This document shows, piece by piece, positions 37,676 through 51,418 of a DNA stretch of 64,000 bases (position 1 is its first letter; each line of letters starts with the position of its first letter). Position numbers and translations under genes: made by a program. The DNA comes from Rhodosorus marinus CCMP1338 (taxonomy: Eukaryota > Plantae > Rhodophyta): contig JAMWBK010000010.1 in NCBI GenBank assembly GCA_029953675.1, forward strand, positions 1,612,001 to 1,676,000, in the 5' to 3' direction. The notes under the pieces are model-generated. The model made no database searches and was not told where the DNA came from. It saw nothing but the letters and a program-made list of their open reading frames with translations.

Positions 37676-38150
37676 CCGGTCCAGCTATTGAACCATGATT
37701 ACTTCTTGGTATGGCACGCTCTCACTCGTATATCATGAATCATGGTTGCTTCTCGGCATGATAGGCTGCCATTCTCATGCAATGAATCATGATTACTTCT
37801 GAGCGCGACAGGCTGTCTAAACATTAGTTGAACATTAGCAAAAACCATCTTTGTGGTCGCCACTGAAACAGGTAATAATAACCTCCCGTATTGATGAAAA
37901 TCAAACCTTGGTCAAGTCGGCAAACGACTATTCACCGAAAAAGATGAAAAGAGCATTGAAAACTATCGGACGCAATCGGTGGTTGTCGGACCATTTATCG
38001 GACGAAGCCCGCTTTATCTTTTCTATTCAGGTCTGATTAACTCATTTCAGACGGGGGTTGACAAGAAAATATATTCCATTATTACTTAGTACGGGAACGA
38101 CAAACGTAGATCGGACCGTCTGATAAAATATCAGACGGAGATGACAACCG
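37676..38150. repeat. Second, uninterrupted copy of part of the TCCGATA-motif element
   Basis: 37676-37837 aligns with 13808-13973, and 37840-38080 aligns with 16571-16800. Confidence 0.8.
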
Positions 38151-39182
38151 TAACTATGGGTAATTGCGCTTTGTTTGCTTACTCTCGCCAACAGAGTAAG
38201 TCACGTACTGTCCTATCTAGTACATTTGCTCTCCCTGGTTAAACACGATATCCGCTGGAAAAGGCCAATCTTCCCATTGTCTTTTCACAGTCAAGAAAAA
38301 TCGGGCTTTCCTCCCAGCTCGCTGTGTGCTAAGGTTTCCTGATATTTTTGTTCATCTACCTAGAAACCCAATAGCCCCATTTTATTACGAACAAATGGCG
38401 ACCATCTATTGTATCTCAGGAAATAGTAATGAGTCAGTCGATATTCGTGTATAATGATTGAAAAATGTGCGTCATGATCGGATTCAACCTTCAACGAAAT
38501 TTGCATCACCACCCTGGGGGTCCGTATAGTTCTTTTCTTGGATTGGTTTCATTGTTCGGTGCGTATACCCCTAGGTCATGAGTCCGCAAAATTTCGTCAG
38601 GAGGCAGTTCATTTACTGACGGGGAGGGGGTATTCCCCAACAGTAGTTTACCAGGAAAAAAACAAATTTGTGATAAAAACCCGTCTCTAATCAATCCTAT
38701 TGATCCTATTGACTGGGAAAACATCCTGATATAGGGGGCATCTTTCAACACTTGCTCTGTGCGGAAGAATGCTGGTCTGATCTTCATGGGGTGCATTGGC
38801 TGAGGTTGATATCCAACTCCCCCTTGAAAGATTATTGTGAAAGCATCTGAAACTCCGGCCACAATGTTCTCCTAGGATTGAATATTTTTGGTGGGGCTCT
38901 TTTTTGAGAGGCGAAGGTTTCGCTCCAAATCAAGTTTTTAATAATAATCTGGCATTGACGTATCTCCGTTGCCTGAGGAGATGCCCCATTCTATGTCAAT
39001 GCTTTCTGCACCAAATGTAAGTTTTAGCGCTTCTTAAATTGCTCCCATAGCACGCAGTACGGATCGAGCAGGGGAGGGTGGGCGAGGAGATGCGTACGGT
39101 GGCTCGGGGTGCTTGCAGTAGTGGACATTGTTGTGTAATCGAAAATCTGTGCGTACGATCGTAGACAGATTTCTTGGCAGAT

Positions 39183-39913
39183 ATGAATGCTTTCGTTGGG
39201 AGCTTTGCGCCGTCGCGGCTCACGCGCACCACTTTCGCCGGTGCTAGATTGTCAGGAGCACCAGTCAGAAGCGCTGCTCGTGTAACGATGCAGGCTAAGT
39301 CTAAGAGTGTACCTTTCATGGATTGTCCCAAGGCGCTGGATGGATCCATGGTTGGCGATGTTGGATTTGATCCACTCAACTTCAGCGCATACCTGCCGCT
39401 CAGCTGGCTGAGGGAAGCGGAGATTAAGCATTGCAGAATCTGCATGCTTGCTGCGCTTGGATGGATCACGACGGAATTCTATACCTTCCCTTTCTATGCG
39501 GGTGCACCGAAGCTGCCGACTGACGCACATGGTATGTATTCTTCGTGAGCACCACGAATGCTTTGAAGTTGTCTCTGCTTCTGTTTGACACCTCTTTTCT
39601 GCTCCACACAGACTACTTCACGAAGACCGCACTGGCGCAGGTCCTGCTTTTTGTGTGTGTGTGGGAAATCTTAACGACCCCCGCTGTCATTCAGATGGTC
39701 ACTGGCAAGTCTGACCGCAAACCAGGGTACTTCGGATTCGACCCTCTGAATTTGACCTCGAAATGGGACCGCTCGAAGCTGGACAAGTACCAGCTTTCGG
39801 AACTGAAGAATGGCCGACTCGCGATGATTGCTATTGGAGGCCTTGTCCACCAGGCGTGGCTCACCAAGTTGCCTGCCATCGCTCAGATTCAGGCTGGCAA
39901 GTTTTTCCCTTAA
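39183..39913 (+). CDS. Lhcr: Red-lineage light-harvesting chlorophyll a-binding protein (LHCR); 2 exons
   Basis: MNAF transit peptide; GDVGFDPL, REAEIKHCRICMLA, GYFGFDPL, ELKNGRLAMIA. Intron 39532-39611. Confidence 0.93.
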
Positions 39914-40436
39914 TCAGTAGTTGTTAGATTTCTGTGGGACGTCGGGTGGTGAGTCAAAAAAATTGCAGTAAAAGTTGAACAACCCCGCGATATTTCTGTA
40001 TGCCGGAATACATTGATCACGCTTAGTTGGGACAGAAACTCTTGAGAATGTCCGCTTTGTGCCTGTGCTCCAGGGAGCAGATGCGTATCCCAGTTTCCTC
40101 GCCGACATTGTTTTCCAATTTCATGGACCTTGTGGAATATTTTGGTAGCATTGTATATGGCTGAGACAGAAGAACTATCATAGAAGCAGCGCTGAGAACT
40201 CCCGCATACTCCTTGTGAAAGATCAGTAAGACTACTACTACTAATATATTGTTTGCTCGTGGTTAAAAAAAACTTTATACACGTCCGCTATCGAGCTTCA
40301 AGCTAGTACAGTTCACGTCATCTCACTGAAGATAAACGGGGTCCCTCTGTGCTTCTCGCAACGGCAGATACGTTCTTCCGCTTGTTTCGAGAGGCTCTCT
40401 TCTAGTAACTGTTGCTGTTGGGAGCACTCGAACCAA

Positions 40437-41106
40437 TCAAATTTTTGCTACTTTTGCGGCTTTCACGATTGGGTTGAGTTTTCGCAGCAGGTCCTTGTTC
40501 ATCGCTTTGTAATCAAACTCACATTCATGCAGCTCTGCGTGACGGTGATTTGCACAGTAGTAGTAACCACAGCGACACTTAAAAGTGGTCAGCCCGATTC
40601 TTCTGCGGCATGTGAAACACCTGTGCGTCAATTTCTGTGCTTTTCTCTCAGATATTGAAGTCTTGGCGCTGGAGTCAGAATCTTCCCTGCGCCGTTTCAA
40701 ATCTTTCAAAACTTCAACGATGCACTGAATGTTCTCCACACCGTCCTGAAGCTTCGGCTCCTCCTTTCTATGCGTTTCAGTTCCAGCTTTCGATACACTT
40801 GTTTTCTCAGTAGAATCTCGATTTACAGTCGGTTCAGTTTCGCTTTCTCTCTCCAGGTGCGCCCTGTAGCATTGAGGGCACATGCTCAAGTTCTCCGACG
40901 ATCTACGGGGTAAACAAAATAATAGAATGCTCAGTCAAGAAGAACCGTTGCTCTCGGTCCGTCCATCAATCGCCGCGCGTTCCAGTGCAGAGTTTAAAAG
41001 TCAAAAAATTCTTCAATTAGCAGCCTTCGAATATAGCATACCCCATAAATCCACATCCAGTAACACAAGGTTGAGGAACAGAAGAGTCTCTGTTGCAACC
41101 TGACAT
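40437..41106 (-). CDS. A20/AN1 zinc-finger stress-associated protein; 2 exons
   Basis: Exon 1 MSGCNRDSSVPQPCVTGCGFMG, intron 41041-40903, exon 2 SSENLSMCPQCY (A20). C-terminal RCFTCRRRIGLTTFKCRCGYYYCANHRHAELHECEFDYK (AN1). Confidence 0.9.
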
Positions 41107-42573
41107 GTTGCAAACGCTTCCCCTTCGCACTATGCTTCTCTTTGCAGAGGACTGCCAGAGACGCTGGTCTTCACTCTCGTCGGGGACCACGCCAAAGTTT
41201 CTCGGTGAACTCTAAGTGTTCCGCAAAGTTTCTACTTTATACGCTTGTATTTTATTTACGCGGAGCTTAGACACCTCAGAATAGCACAGTGCATGGGTTG
41301 TTACTAAAGTACACCAATCCTAGAGCCCCCGCGCACAAACTCAGCTGAGCCCCACAACCTAGTCAGCGAAACACCTCTTAAGCTCCCCCCCGGATGCCCC
41401 TTCTCACCTCGACACCGAGTGTGAGGAGACAGCCCACTGCGTTAAGCGAGACTTTTTAACCTCCACAAGACAAGAACAGACTTGCCTCTGGCTTGGCCAT
41501 GCGGCCGGAAAGAATTCTCATTCGATAGGTGCCCAGAAAATTATGAAATATTGCTAGTGTGCGTGTCGAATTCTAAGAGGTCGCCGACAGCTATTGCTGG
41601 AGATGACACACGGAATATTCCAAAAGAAAGATTTTTGCCCTTATTTTGAGCCTTGGTATTCCTGATTTTCAGTGTCGTCCAGCAAAAACACGCAAAAACC
41701 CAGACTAGCGCAAACGGGGTTTTCTATTTGAAGTACTGACAAGCGCCTTGTAAATATGCAGAGACCAACCGAAAACTGTTTAGAAAAAAACGCTCTCTTC
41801 GCTCTCGCGCTGTGCGCTCAGAAGTACTCGTGTAGCGTGTACTAGGCTTCTAAAAGCTGTGCTTTGATAGCGCGCGAGAAAATCGACGCTCTTATTTAAT
41901 CATTTTTGCTTTTCGTTTGAACCCGGAACAGCAAAATTTAGCGCTCATTTTCCAATTTTAAGGGAAGCTGCGTGTTTCTTGAACTCGTGGGCCAGGATGA
42001 TTTGACAGCTCAGAGCCTTCGTATACTGATTAAATTGGTTCCGTCGTCTGGGATGGCGGTGGGGTTCCATCGCGCCAGCCAACAGCTTGGAATTGTGCAT
42101 CTTATTGTTCTCGATACATTCAATCTTTTCTGATTACTTTAGGACCAGCGAAGTTCGGGCGACTTGCGCCAATATATATACCCCGCGCATGAGAGCACGC
42201 GGCTGCGGTGTAGAAATGGAGCACCATTTCTACACCACAGGGACGATTTTGTGGAAAGCTACTGGTCGCTGGACTTCTGGGTTTGGAGACATAGATATTA
42301 AATGAAACTAGTTTTTTGGAAGACGCATCTAGATAAATTCAGAGGCACGCTGTTCCTTAAAAATGATGAACGCAAGGAAGTGAAGTATGGGCTGGAGTAC
42401 TTCAAGGTTCGGTGTCACGGAGATATCAGTTTCTTGTGACCTTTTGCACTACGAACCCGCGGTCAAAGTAAACTTCAGGGCGCGAGCAATGATTTGTTAA
42501 ACAAGTAGCTGCAGTTTCGATTCGCTATTTTGCACTTGTTGCAAGAGTCCCCTACTATGCCTGCGTTGCTCGC

Positions 42574-45500
42574 CCGTAACTGTGTCCTTTGCTGGGCAAC
42601 TGCCTAATGCAGCGCAAACACTATTTCGATCACTATCTAGGGAAAAGGCCGGGCTTAAACCCACACCCCGGGATCTCTAGCTACGATAAAATATCCCCAG
42701 AAAAAACGGAATCAGCTCAAGGTCCCACTGATCCACACGAAGAGCTGCTAATGCAAGCTCTGCGTTCCCTTCCCTAAGCGTCTTGTTTATCTAAGCGCGT
42801 ACATTGCTAAGCTCATCGATCTTTGTCAGCTTATGAGTGTATCCATCGCACAGGAACTCCTGCGTTATCTCTCCCCCGTCCAAATGTCTAGATCGCGATC
42901 GGTATGAATGTCGGTATCGTCCGGGTGCTCAATCGCCATTGCGTCCTTGCAATGTGTAAGTTTTCAGCACTCAGTGTGCTTGGTTGCAAGTCCGTTTGTT
43001 TCTCGGCTCCTTGGAAGCTGTCTGGGCTGTAGCGGCGAGACCACGGCACACCAATTGCGAATCTCTGTGACGTTCTTGTGGATGGCCACCAGCTCGGGGC
43101 CTAGATTGTAGTTCTCAAGGCAGTTTGTTGGTTCTTGTTCGACCTCCCGGAATTACCATCGGATAAGCCACTGCGCCACCTCTGGCATATTGTATTTGGT
43201 GTCATCTTTGCCGCAGTCCGCTCGATGTCTGACAGCGGTGGATTCTTTGTACACCGTTCGTAAGGCGTTTACTACTATTGCCCGTATTTCAGCGTCCGCA
43301 GTCGCGGAGTCGGGAGCCCCAAAAGTTCCGCATTCCCGGTCCGCTCAATTTTCTCCGTCCAAGGTGAGGAAAACCTTGTGTACAAACCTACGGGGGAGCG
43401 GATTCGGGCCCTATTTTCGTTGGTAAATTTGAGGCATTAAAGCGTGCGCCGAGATGGAGGCGGCAGAGAACACTCTGTTGATCAGCGTTCTAATCTGAGT
43501 GTAAGGTCCCCGAATGAGGCATTCTAGGAAGTGCGTTGAGAGCGCGCCTCCAAAACTAGTCCAGCACTACAGAGTATTTGATTGTGCACAGTTCTGTTGA
43601 ACATTGCTGGCGTCGGGGTTTGCCTGTCGTTGTCGGGATTGAAGCTTCCAGGGTGCGTTGTTCGCAATTGCGCTAAAGGTAGGACCAATGCCCTTGATTG
43701 CTTTGGAAAGTATTGACCCGTCCAGTGTAGAATGCAATCAATAGGTTGGGTTCGTCGTCTCTTTCCAAATCCCAGGCCGCCCCATCTGCATGGGAGTACC
43801 ACTCGTTTCCAAGGCGGTTGAGTGCCATTCCGGTCCTCAGCAGTTGTTTGGAAACAACACAGCAGCCTTTCTAGATGTAGCCTCACCAACGAGTCCGCTT
43901 CGCGTGCCAGTGTGCGTCCAAATTGAAACGCCAGCGTTCGCTGTGTATAGTCTGGGCGAGTTTCAGAGCAAAAGCGGAACAGGGCAGTTGCGCGCTCAGT
44001 TCCTGGTGGGAGAAGATGTGCAATCTCCTCGAAGAGTTTGGTTTGTGTCCCAATCGGGTTGGAGTGAATTGTCAGCCTTCTCTTGAAATTTCCACGTCTG
44101 CCATATCTCGGGTGACCAGTCTCGGGAATCCAGGTGATACCTGAGTAGTGAGAACCCCCACTTCTGAGGTTGCAGTTGGGCTCCGATGGTCGGTAGAGTC
44201 CTCTGGCTCCAGATTAGAATTGGGGCTTAGGGCTAAGGCATGTAGGCCGGGTTTAAGAGGGTTCCCCTTGTACCCCGGTGGTGGCCTGCAGGCGTAGGCG
44301 GGCTTTACCCTCCTCTTTCCGCGGTAATCTTGGCTATAGTTGCCAGGACATGGCTATTGTTCGCATCTGCCCGAAGAGCTCGCGTAATAAACTCCTCCGC
44401 CTTTGCGACGTTCTCAGTTCTGTATTCCAAAAGTCCGAGCGCATGATAAGTTGCCGCGTTGTGAGGGTCAACCTTAATGCCTCGCGAAAAGTTACCTTCC
44501 GTGTCTTTTTGACACTAGCCAAAGAGCGTAGGGGATTCTTCACAGTGGTTGCATACCCCCGCCGGTAGACGGCTCCAGTTCCGGATAGTGGTGGTCGACG
44601 AGTTGCTTATCGATGCGACAATCGATCTGGTTGAACACGTTGGCCAGGTCCAGCCTGCGTACTGCCGATTCTGGTTCACAGAACAGATGAGCTTGGATGA
44701 CATGCATTGACTTGTCGCATGCGCCACTTACTGCAAGTTGGAGCGGTACTAGTACTCTCGGAGTCACTATGTATCCGAACTGAAGACCTACCGTGCGCCA
44801 GCTTCCGGTGGACCTCTGGGACTCCGATCGGGCGAACTGCAGGCCTCACTGGTGGTGGGCTGGTGGTAGAAGGCTTGACGAATGGCAGTAGCGACTGCTG
44901 CGCAAGGCCCTAGTGAGGACTTCCGGAAATCGCTCTGGTGCGGTTGAAAGTTGGGTTATGAAGCGTACGAGGTGTCGTTGTACCTGACCGTTGAGCGCCC
45001 ATGGGTATTTTTAACGGAGCCCATTGGACCCGAGGCTCTTGGCCTTAGGCGGGCGTGCCAGATTGCGAGGAGGCCCTCGTCAACAGCTTCGCCAGCCCAC
45101 CACCTGCCTCTGAGCTTGCCGTGCCTCCGGTTAGTAAGGTTCTTAGGTTCTGCGTGAGGGGCTCCGATAGCGGGATCTCCTCAGGGTCCGGGAGCAGATC
45201 TTCGAGCTGGTACCATGTATCAGAGTTTGGGTTGCCAGTTCCGAGGCCATGAACCCGTGTGCTGCGTCAGAGCGTCCGCCCAGGTGCGCGAGCTTCAGGG
45301 CTTGTTTCCGGCGCAAGCGTACTTGGTGCATGGAAGTGTCTAGATCCTGGGTCTGTGCAGCGGGCTTCGGCCGCGCCGCATGTTCCTCTGAGACCGTACA
45401 AACCGTATGGAATTACCGTAACCTCGTGGAATTCTGTACTGCGAGAGCACCTGTCCCGTTCGGCTCGTTCTGAACGCCCGACGAAGGCTTTAACTCGATA

Positions 45501-45694
45501 AGATCCTCCAGACAATTCCAACTAGGGAGCGAGGTCCGGACACAGATTCGGATAGTCTGGGGTACTTCAGAACGCCCTGAATTCTGCTATCTCTACCCTT
45601 ACTGAAGTGAACCATGCAAGCCCTCTGTTCGGGCCGCGCGGTCAAAGCCCTCTTTCTAGGCTTTAGAGCTAATTGACCCAGACTAACGTAACCC
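42574..45694 (-). mobile_element. Degenerate RLE-type (CRE-like) non-LTR retrotransposon, family 2
   Basis: RT remnants PLQLAVSGACD...LDLANVFNQID, TTGVQGEP and LPCRWGGLG; RLE-side VVSPLQ; ORF1-like remnant near 45.1-45.5 kb. Its 3' 70 bp (42574-42644) match 50790-50869. Confidence 0.75.
44307..44490 (-). pseudogene. 184-bp copy of an HCF107-like exon embedded in the dead RT
   Basis: Identical to 47139-47322 except for 2 substitutions. Confidence 0.95.
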
Positions 45695-45930
45695 TAGAGC
45701 TAATTGAGCATGTCCGCATACGCGAATAATTCACTCAAGAAGGCGCTGGGAGGTCGTTCGTTCGGGCCCAGCTAACAAAAGTTAAGGCCAGAAGCGCATC
45801 CCTTAGTTCCTTAAATCCAAATCAAATTCGTACTATAAATACTAACTACAGAGCTGCACAACACAGGTGCAGCAAAGGGTCTCTAATATCTATATACCTA
45901 CGGGAGCGAATATTGGAAAGTAGCCACGCA

Positions 45931-48045
45931 CTAATCAATCAATCCAAGATCAAGGCGAGTCTGCGGTGCACGGAAGTCGATGAGATCAACTGAGAATTCC
46001 TCTGCTTCGTCTTCGTCTTTGTATTCGTCAACATCCTCATCTTCGGAGGTCTCCCCCTGACTTTGTCGTTGGATCGGAATGGCTCGAACAGGCTTTTCAC
46101 TCAAAATTCTTTGCTCTCTCGATGTTGCCTCGTCTCTGTTGCGCAGTGTTCTCTTCTTCCTCTTTTCTATGCTCACCCTTAGGTCCTGTTCCGTTGTCCA
46201 TAACCCTGTGGATGCGAAGTCCCCAGATTGGGGCTCTCCAAGCATAACGCGGTTGTCACTAATGAGTGCCGCCTCAATCGAACGCTGAAAGATTATCTCC
46301 GCTCGCGAGGTCTCTCCATACTTGCTCTCGCATGCTTCGTAGCTCCTCCATATAAGCGGGTTCGAAGGCTCCCTCTGGACAGCTTCCTCAAACAGCTTCC
46401 GGCTTTTGAGCATACTCCCAGCCTCAGCCTCAACTCGACCCCAGGCGCAGAAAATCCTTGTTGAGTGAGGGTTGGCTTCGAGTCCATATCTGGAGAGCGA
46501 CAATACAATTGAGGTCTCAGCTTACGGCTACCTCCGCGAATCTGAAACTGGACCCAAGGCATTTCACAAGCCGACTCACCGAAAGTACGTTTTTGCCCGC
46601 TCTATCTCTCCAATCTGTCTTTCGTAAGCTCCCCATGCATGCCATATCCTGTCAACAAATTTTGACTTGGGGTTTGCCCATACACCTTGTTGAAACAACT
46701 CTCGAGCTACATCTGTATTCTCAAGTCTTGCCTCCATCAAGCCCCATGCTTGCCAAAGCGGGCAATGCTTTGGTTGTTCCCGTAGTCCTTCTTCAAAGTG
46801 ACCACGCGCTGCTTCATAGTCTCCCTAAATAAATAGTGTTCCGTAAAACACGTCGAGAGTGAGTTTATCAAAAGTTGTAGTTCGCAGACGCGAGCGCAGG
46901 AGAGGGGATTCGTTCTGCACTACAAAGCAAAAAGCTACCCAAACGCATTCTTGGGTCTCATCCAGGCAGCACATTTGTTGCGAAAACATGCGCGGTTAGC
47001 CGGCCCAGTGATGCCAAGTCTGATTCTGGTGAGCGCAACCTACCTCTTTGATTGCAAGCATTCCTAGCATCTGGTGAATTACCGCGTCCCTCGGACCTCG
47101 GGAACGGCCACGAAGCAGGAGAGATCGCGCTCTGCGCGACCCTCCTCTTTCCGCGGTAATCTTGGCTATAGTTGCCAGGACATGGCTATTGTTCGCATTT
47201 GCCCGAAGAGCTCGCGTAATAAACTCCTCCGCCTTTGCGACGTTCTCAGTTCTGTATTCCAAAAGTCCGAGCGCATGATAAGTTGCCGCGTTGTGAGGGT
47301 TAACCTTAATGCCTCGCGAAAAATACTTGCGAGCCAGTTCTGTGTTGCCATGTGCATATTCAAGTTCACCCCAAACGTGCCACAAGTAATAGTTTCGGGA
47401 ATCCGCCTCCGTTCCAGTCCTAAAGCACTGTCTCGCGCTGTCAACGTCGTTGTCTCGACTCTGATAAAAGAGACCCAACGCAACCCATGAAGCAGCATGC
47501 GCTGGGTTAGCTTCACAGGCTTGCAGATACAGGCTCTTAGCTCGGGAGTAGTTTCCAGTACGCTCTTCTAGTACTCCCCAAGCCTGAAGTAGATGAGAAT
47601 TTCTCCTGCAGAACTGCAAGGCATTTGCAAAAATCTTCCTAGCCTCAGAAAACCGTTCCAGGCGCATTTCAAGACGAGCCAGCCCCATCCATCCTCTTCC
47701 ATCATAGGGTCGCAGTTTTATACACTTAACGTACAGTTCTTTGGCCAGGTCGTGATTCGATTGCCTTTGAGCGTTTCTTGCCCAGTAAAAAACCAAGTCA
47801 ACATTAATCTTTAGGACCTGGCCAGGATGCAGGTCTGGACTGTCTCCTCCCTCCGTTACGAGGTAATAATCCTGCGCCACTTCCTCGAGGTGTTTCCTAT
47901 TCAGACCGAACAAAACCTCCCCATCGTTCCTCTCAAAAACAAACCTTGCAACCCGTATCCGTTTATCTCTGGCCGAACAGCAGCGCAATGTTTCGCTCGG
48001 CACCGTCGAGACGGATCCTGAAACATTAACGAAGGAACCATGCAT
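45931..48045 (-). CDS. HCF107: HCF107/MBB1-like HAT-repeat plastid mRNA maturation factor (intron-containing)
   Basis: KINVDLVFYWAR...KCIKLRPYDGRGWMGLAR matches the recalled HCF107 KINLDL.LY.AK...CI...P.DGR.YV.LG; HAT repeats follow; acidic C-terminus. Confidence 0.72.
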
Positions 48046-49819
48046 GCCTGAATTACCCTTGAATAACCTTCACAGGCATGTCATAAAGAGCTCCTCATTC
48101 CACGCAGAAGGTTCCAGCTAATCATCCTGCTACCGCCTTCAACAGGATTGCTCCTTAAGAAAATTCTCCCTCACCGTAGTCTTGTGACCCCGCAGTCTTG
48201 CGCCCGCGCCCTGCATTGCTCAAAGCAGACAAGTGAACCATCGGAATGGACAAAGGAAGCAGGTCGCATCTTGCGGTGGTCAACCGAGATGATCATCGTT
48301 TTTCAATTGTTTTTCGTATGTTCACGATCACTGGCTCTGACCAGCACGAAACGAGGAAAACGTGGTTTGTTTATGACTTAAATTTCTTAATACAGGCTTG
48401 ATCAATCATTTTCGATCGAACTTGTCATTAATGGCTGATGGTGCCGTATTTGGTGCTTCAGTTTTCACAAAACAGTGTACTGTCGAAGCACCGCAGAAAC
48501 GGAAGGAGTCGAACCGGGATTGCGAGAAAGCTCTTTGAAATGGGTGCACTTCTGCTACATGGTACAGGTCAAGGACGTTTTGTTGTCAGTCTGAACCACG
48601 ACATCCAGGCAGTTTAGTATTCTGAGCTACTTGAAGACGCTGGCGAAACCGCAGGGGAAAAGCAGCTACTGCCTCTAGGTCTTCTCCCTGGTGTGCAATA
48701 TCTAAGCTAATTGGCTATGCTCCACAACGCAAATCGTCCCGTTACCTGTTAGGGCACACTACTTCAAGGATTCTCCAGAAAAGCTAATATCCTCCTCTGC
48801 TAGTCCAAAAGCTTTTCCTGAAGGAACTGACCTTCTTGCATCGTCATCCTCTCATTCCCCGGCTTCCGTTGAACAACGGCATCATGAAATCAGTCTTCCA
48901 AAGAATATGCTTAATAAACAAGAGTCCTCAATGGACATGCTCCGCATTATTGCCGTCATCTTGAATCCCGTAAATCTTATATGCTTTAGGCCTGCAACGA
49001 TAAAAATTACCTACCAACCATCTTCACTCATGTGCTCGTCATGATCACCAAACCGTCTGCACAGTCTTGCCCTGCTACGAGCACTATCGAGAGGCCTATG
49101 CAGAAATTAGAACGCTACACCAAAATTACAACATATCGTAGAAAATAAGTTCCTCATAAAACTTGGGATAAAAGTGTTCGAATCAGTTACGCTCCAAATC
49201 AAAGGTTTAAGCTACACACACTCAAACAGAGAATAATTGAATGAATTGGTTTAATAGGGGTTTAGGACAAGTTGGTAAACCCTCGAAAAACAGAGTTTAG
49301 GAATGGGTTGTGCAATATCGCCAATGGCCCACGTATTAAAATGCACCTGTTTTCGGTGGTAAGGGGGGGGTTCTTGAGTTTTTCAAAATCGCACCTGAGG
49401 GGAGCGCCGCAGACCACGAACAACCGTGAGGGAAGCTTGGGCGATTGGAAAACAGTCCGTTGACAGGATGGGGAAGCAGTTCTGCGGAGGTGGTGAAGCA
49501 TCTATAGAAGCTTCTACATAGCCTTAGCACCTCCCACTCCGCTTGCAGTCCTAAACCTGAGGGTTTCGGCAGTAATTCGAACTGGCTTTATTAGCCGAAC
49601 AGGACAAGGGATCCACATGGTATGGATAGAAGGGCTACTCAAGTAGCTCGACTCGGGCTTTGGAGCATTCCCCAGATTGCGGATGAGTAAATATTTCTTG
49701 CAGGAAGTGAGATCATCGTTCTTTTCACAAGAGCATTGGAAGGCCGAGGGGGAGTCATGAAATATAAGCTGAGGTAGCAAGTCCTAGCTTGTGAACGTCC
49801 CGTCTTTGGGGAGCCCGCA

Positions 49820-50040
49820 TTTTACTGGTTTTTACTAGCATAACCTGAAGCGCTACGCAAAACTTGCAAAGGAACTATGAACTAGGGAGGGAAGCGTGCA
49901 AACCCAGACGCCGATGGTGCGCCTCGGCAAGCATGCTGCTAGAATATCGCCACAGGGCGACACTAGTACGTCTTAAGAGTCCCTAAGTATTCAGTAGGAT
50001 GCTCAGCGAAACATTTCCGCAACCACTTCAAACCCGATCG
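49820..50040 (-). mobile_element. 5'-truncated, diverged 3' end of CRE-like family 1
   Basis: Reverse complement aligns with about 63348-63570 (GLKWLRKCFAEHPTEY, 3' UTR ttgcgtagcgcttcagg, tail ctagtaaaaaccagtaaaa). Confidence 0.85.
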
Positions 50041-50869
50041 GGATTGTCGCTCCCGGGTGTACGAACACTTAGTACGTGTACGATCTGTTCACAACCACAT
50101 GACGCTGCAGGGATTCAACGCCTCCATCCATCACGTTTATTCGCCTCCATCACTGCACCAGCTCTACAGAGAGCTGGACACTTCGGCACAACATGGTCAG
50201 GGACGCACTGGCGACACTGCTGAGACAATGGCGACGAGAAGTGACAGTAGACCTGACTGGACACTACCAAGGCAGTCGGCTCCGCCGTGACATCCTAGCT
50301 CGACACCCACGAACCGGCAAGCTCTGCGTGATCGATGTGAAGGTGACCTCGCCGCTGCAAAGAACACACCTACACAAAGCGTCTTGGGAGACCGAGTATG
50401 CGGTCACAAAGCGGAAAAATTTAAAGAGTCCAAATACTGTGCCAGTATCGGGGAACACGATGACGACGTCTTCGTACTCATCTGTCTGGAAACATTTGGG
50501 CAGATGGGAAAACAAGGCAGTGAGCTCATGAAGGAAGTGACTGTACACCTGGATAAGCGGGAAACGCAGGTGAGTGATGCTCGGGCGATCTTGAACCGCA
50601 CTCTGTGGAAAGGAAACGCTATCCTGGCCACCCAGGCACGTCGTGTCGACGAGGCAGACTATGAAATCGTCCCTATCTATGAATGTGGCCACACAACACA
50701 TTAAGGGTTTCTTTGCTGACCAATAGAATCCTTATTCCTTCTTAATGGGCTCCAATAGGGAGCTCTTCAGTAAAGTGTACACGGTTATCTTCCCTAGATA
50801 GTGATAGAACTAGTGTTGCGCTGCATTAGGCAGTTGCCCAGTAAAGTCTACAGTTACGGTTACGTTAGT
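50041..50869 (+). mobile_element. 3' fragment (RLE domain + 3' UTR) of CRE-like family 2
   Basis: CTICSQPH, H-NMVRDALA, LCVIDVKVTSPLQ, KY...LETFGQMG; stop 50704; 3' end shared with 42574-42644. Confidence 0.75.
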
Positions 50870-51418
50870 CTGGGGTATAGTCTGGGGAATTTGACGTTAG
50901 TCTGGAGTAGTCTGGGTTGACGGTTAAGGGGGCTAACAAGCACAAAGAGAAGGCGAGGTTTTAGTAAGGAAAGCTTCATGATCGAGAAGAAGATGCTGGG
51001 ACCGTACCCAGAACCTCCACGCCACCCGGGCACCAACGGCCCTGGCTCAGGCGAAGAGGGGATGGCGACACCGAATCGGAGTCGGAGGCCAGAACCGTGC
51101 GGCAGGACCACAAGCACCCAGGATTTAGGAGCAGCGAACACCCAGGAGGCTTACAGGATGGAGACTCAAGAGGTAACTGGACCTGCGGCAGCCTTTTTGC
51201 ACCAACTTCGCGCCTTCGACCGGCGCTATCAGGACTTGGGAATTGGTGAAGCAATTACCGCGCAGTTCTACCAGGCTGTATTCAAACTCTACTCACGGAT
51301 TAACAGCACCACTGAACTCGAAGGAATTACCGGACGGGTCTGCGAGCTTTCAGCAAAACCTTATATGTGGCACGGTGGAGCCGCAGCACTGAACCCCTCC
51401 CAACTCCTGCAAGATCAC

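Noticed and set aside
44278-44568. ORFs shared between 44.3 kb and 47.1 kb as a new gene family
   Set aside because: They are antisense or alternative frames of the duplicated HCF107 fragment.
50877-50917. True telomere array
   Set aside because: Only four degenerate TAGTCTGGGG units at an internal position; kept only as a hypothesis in the 16-mer finding.
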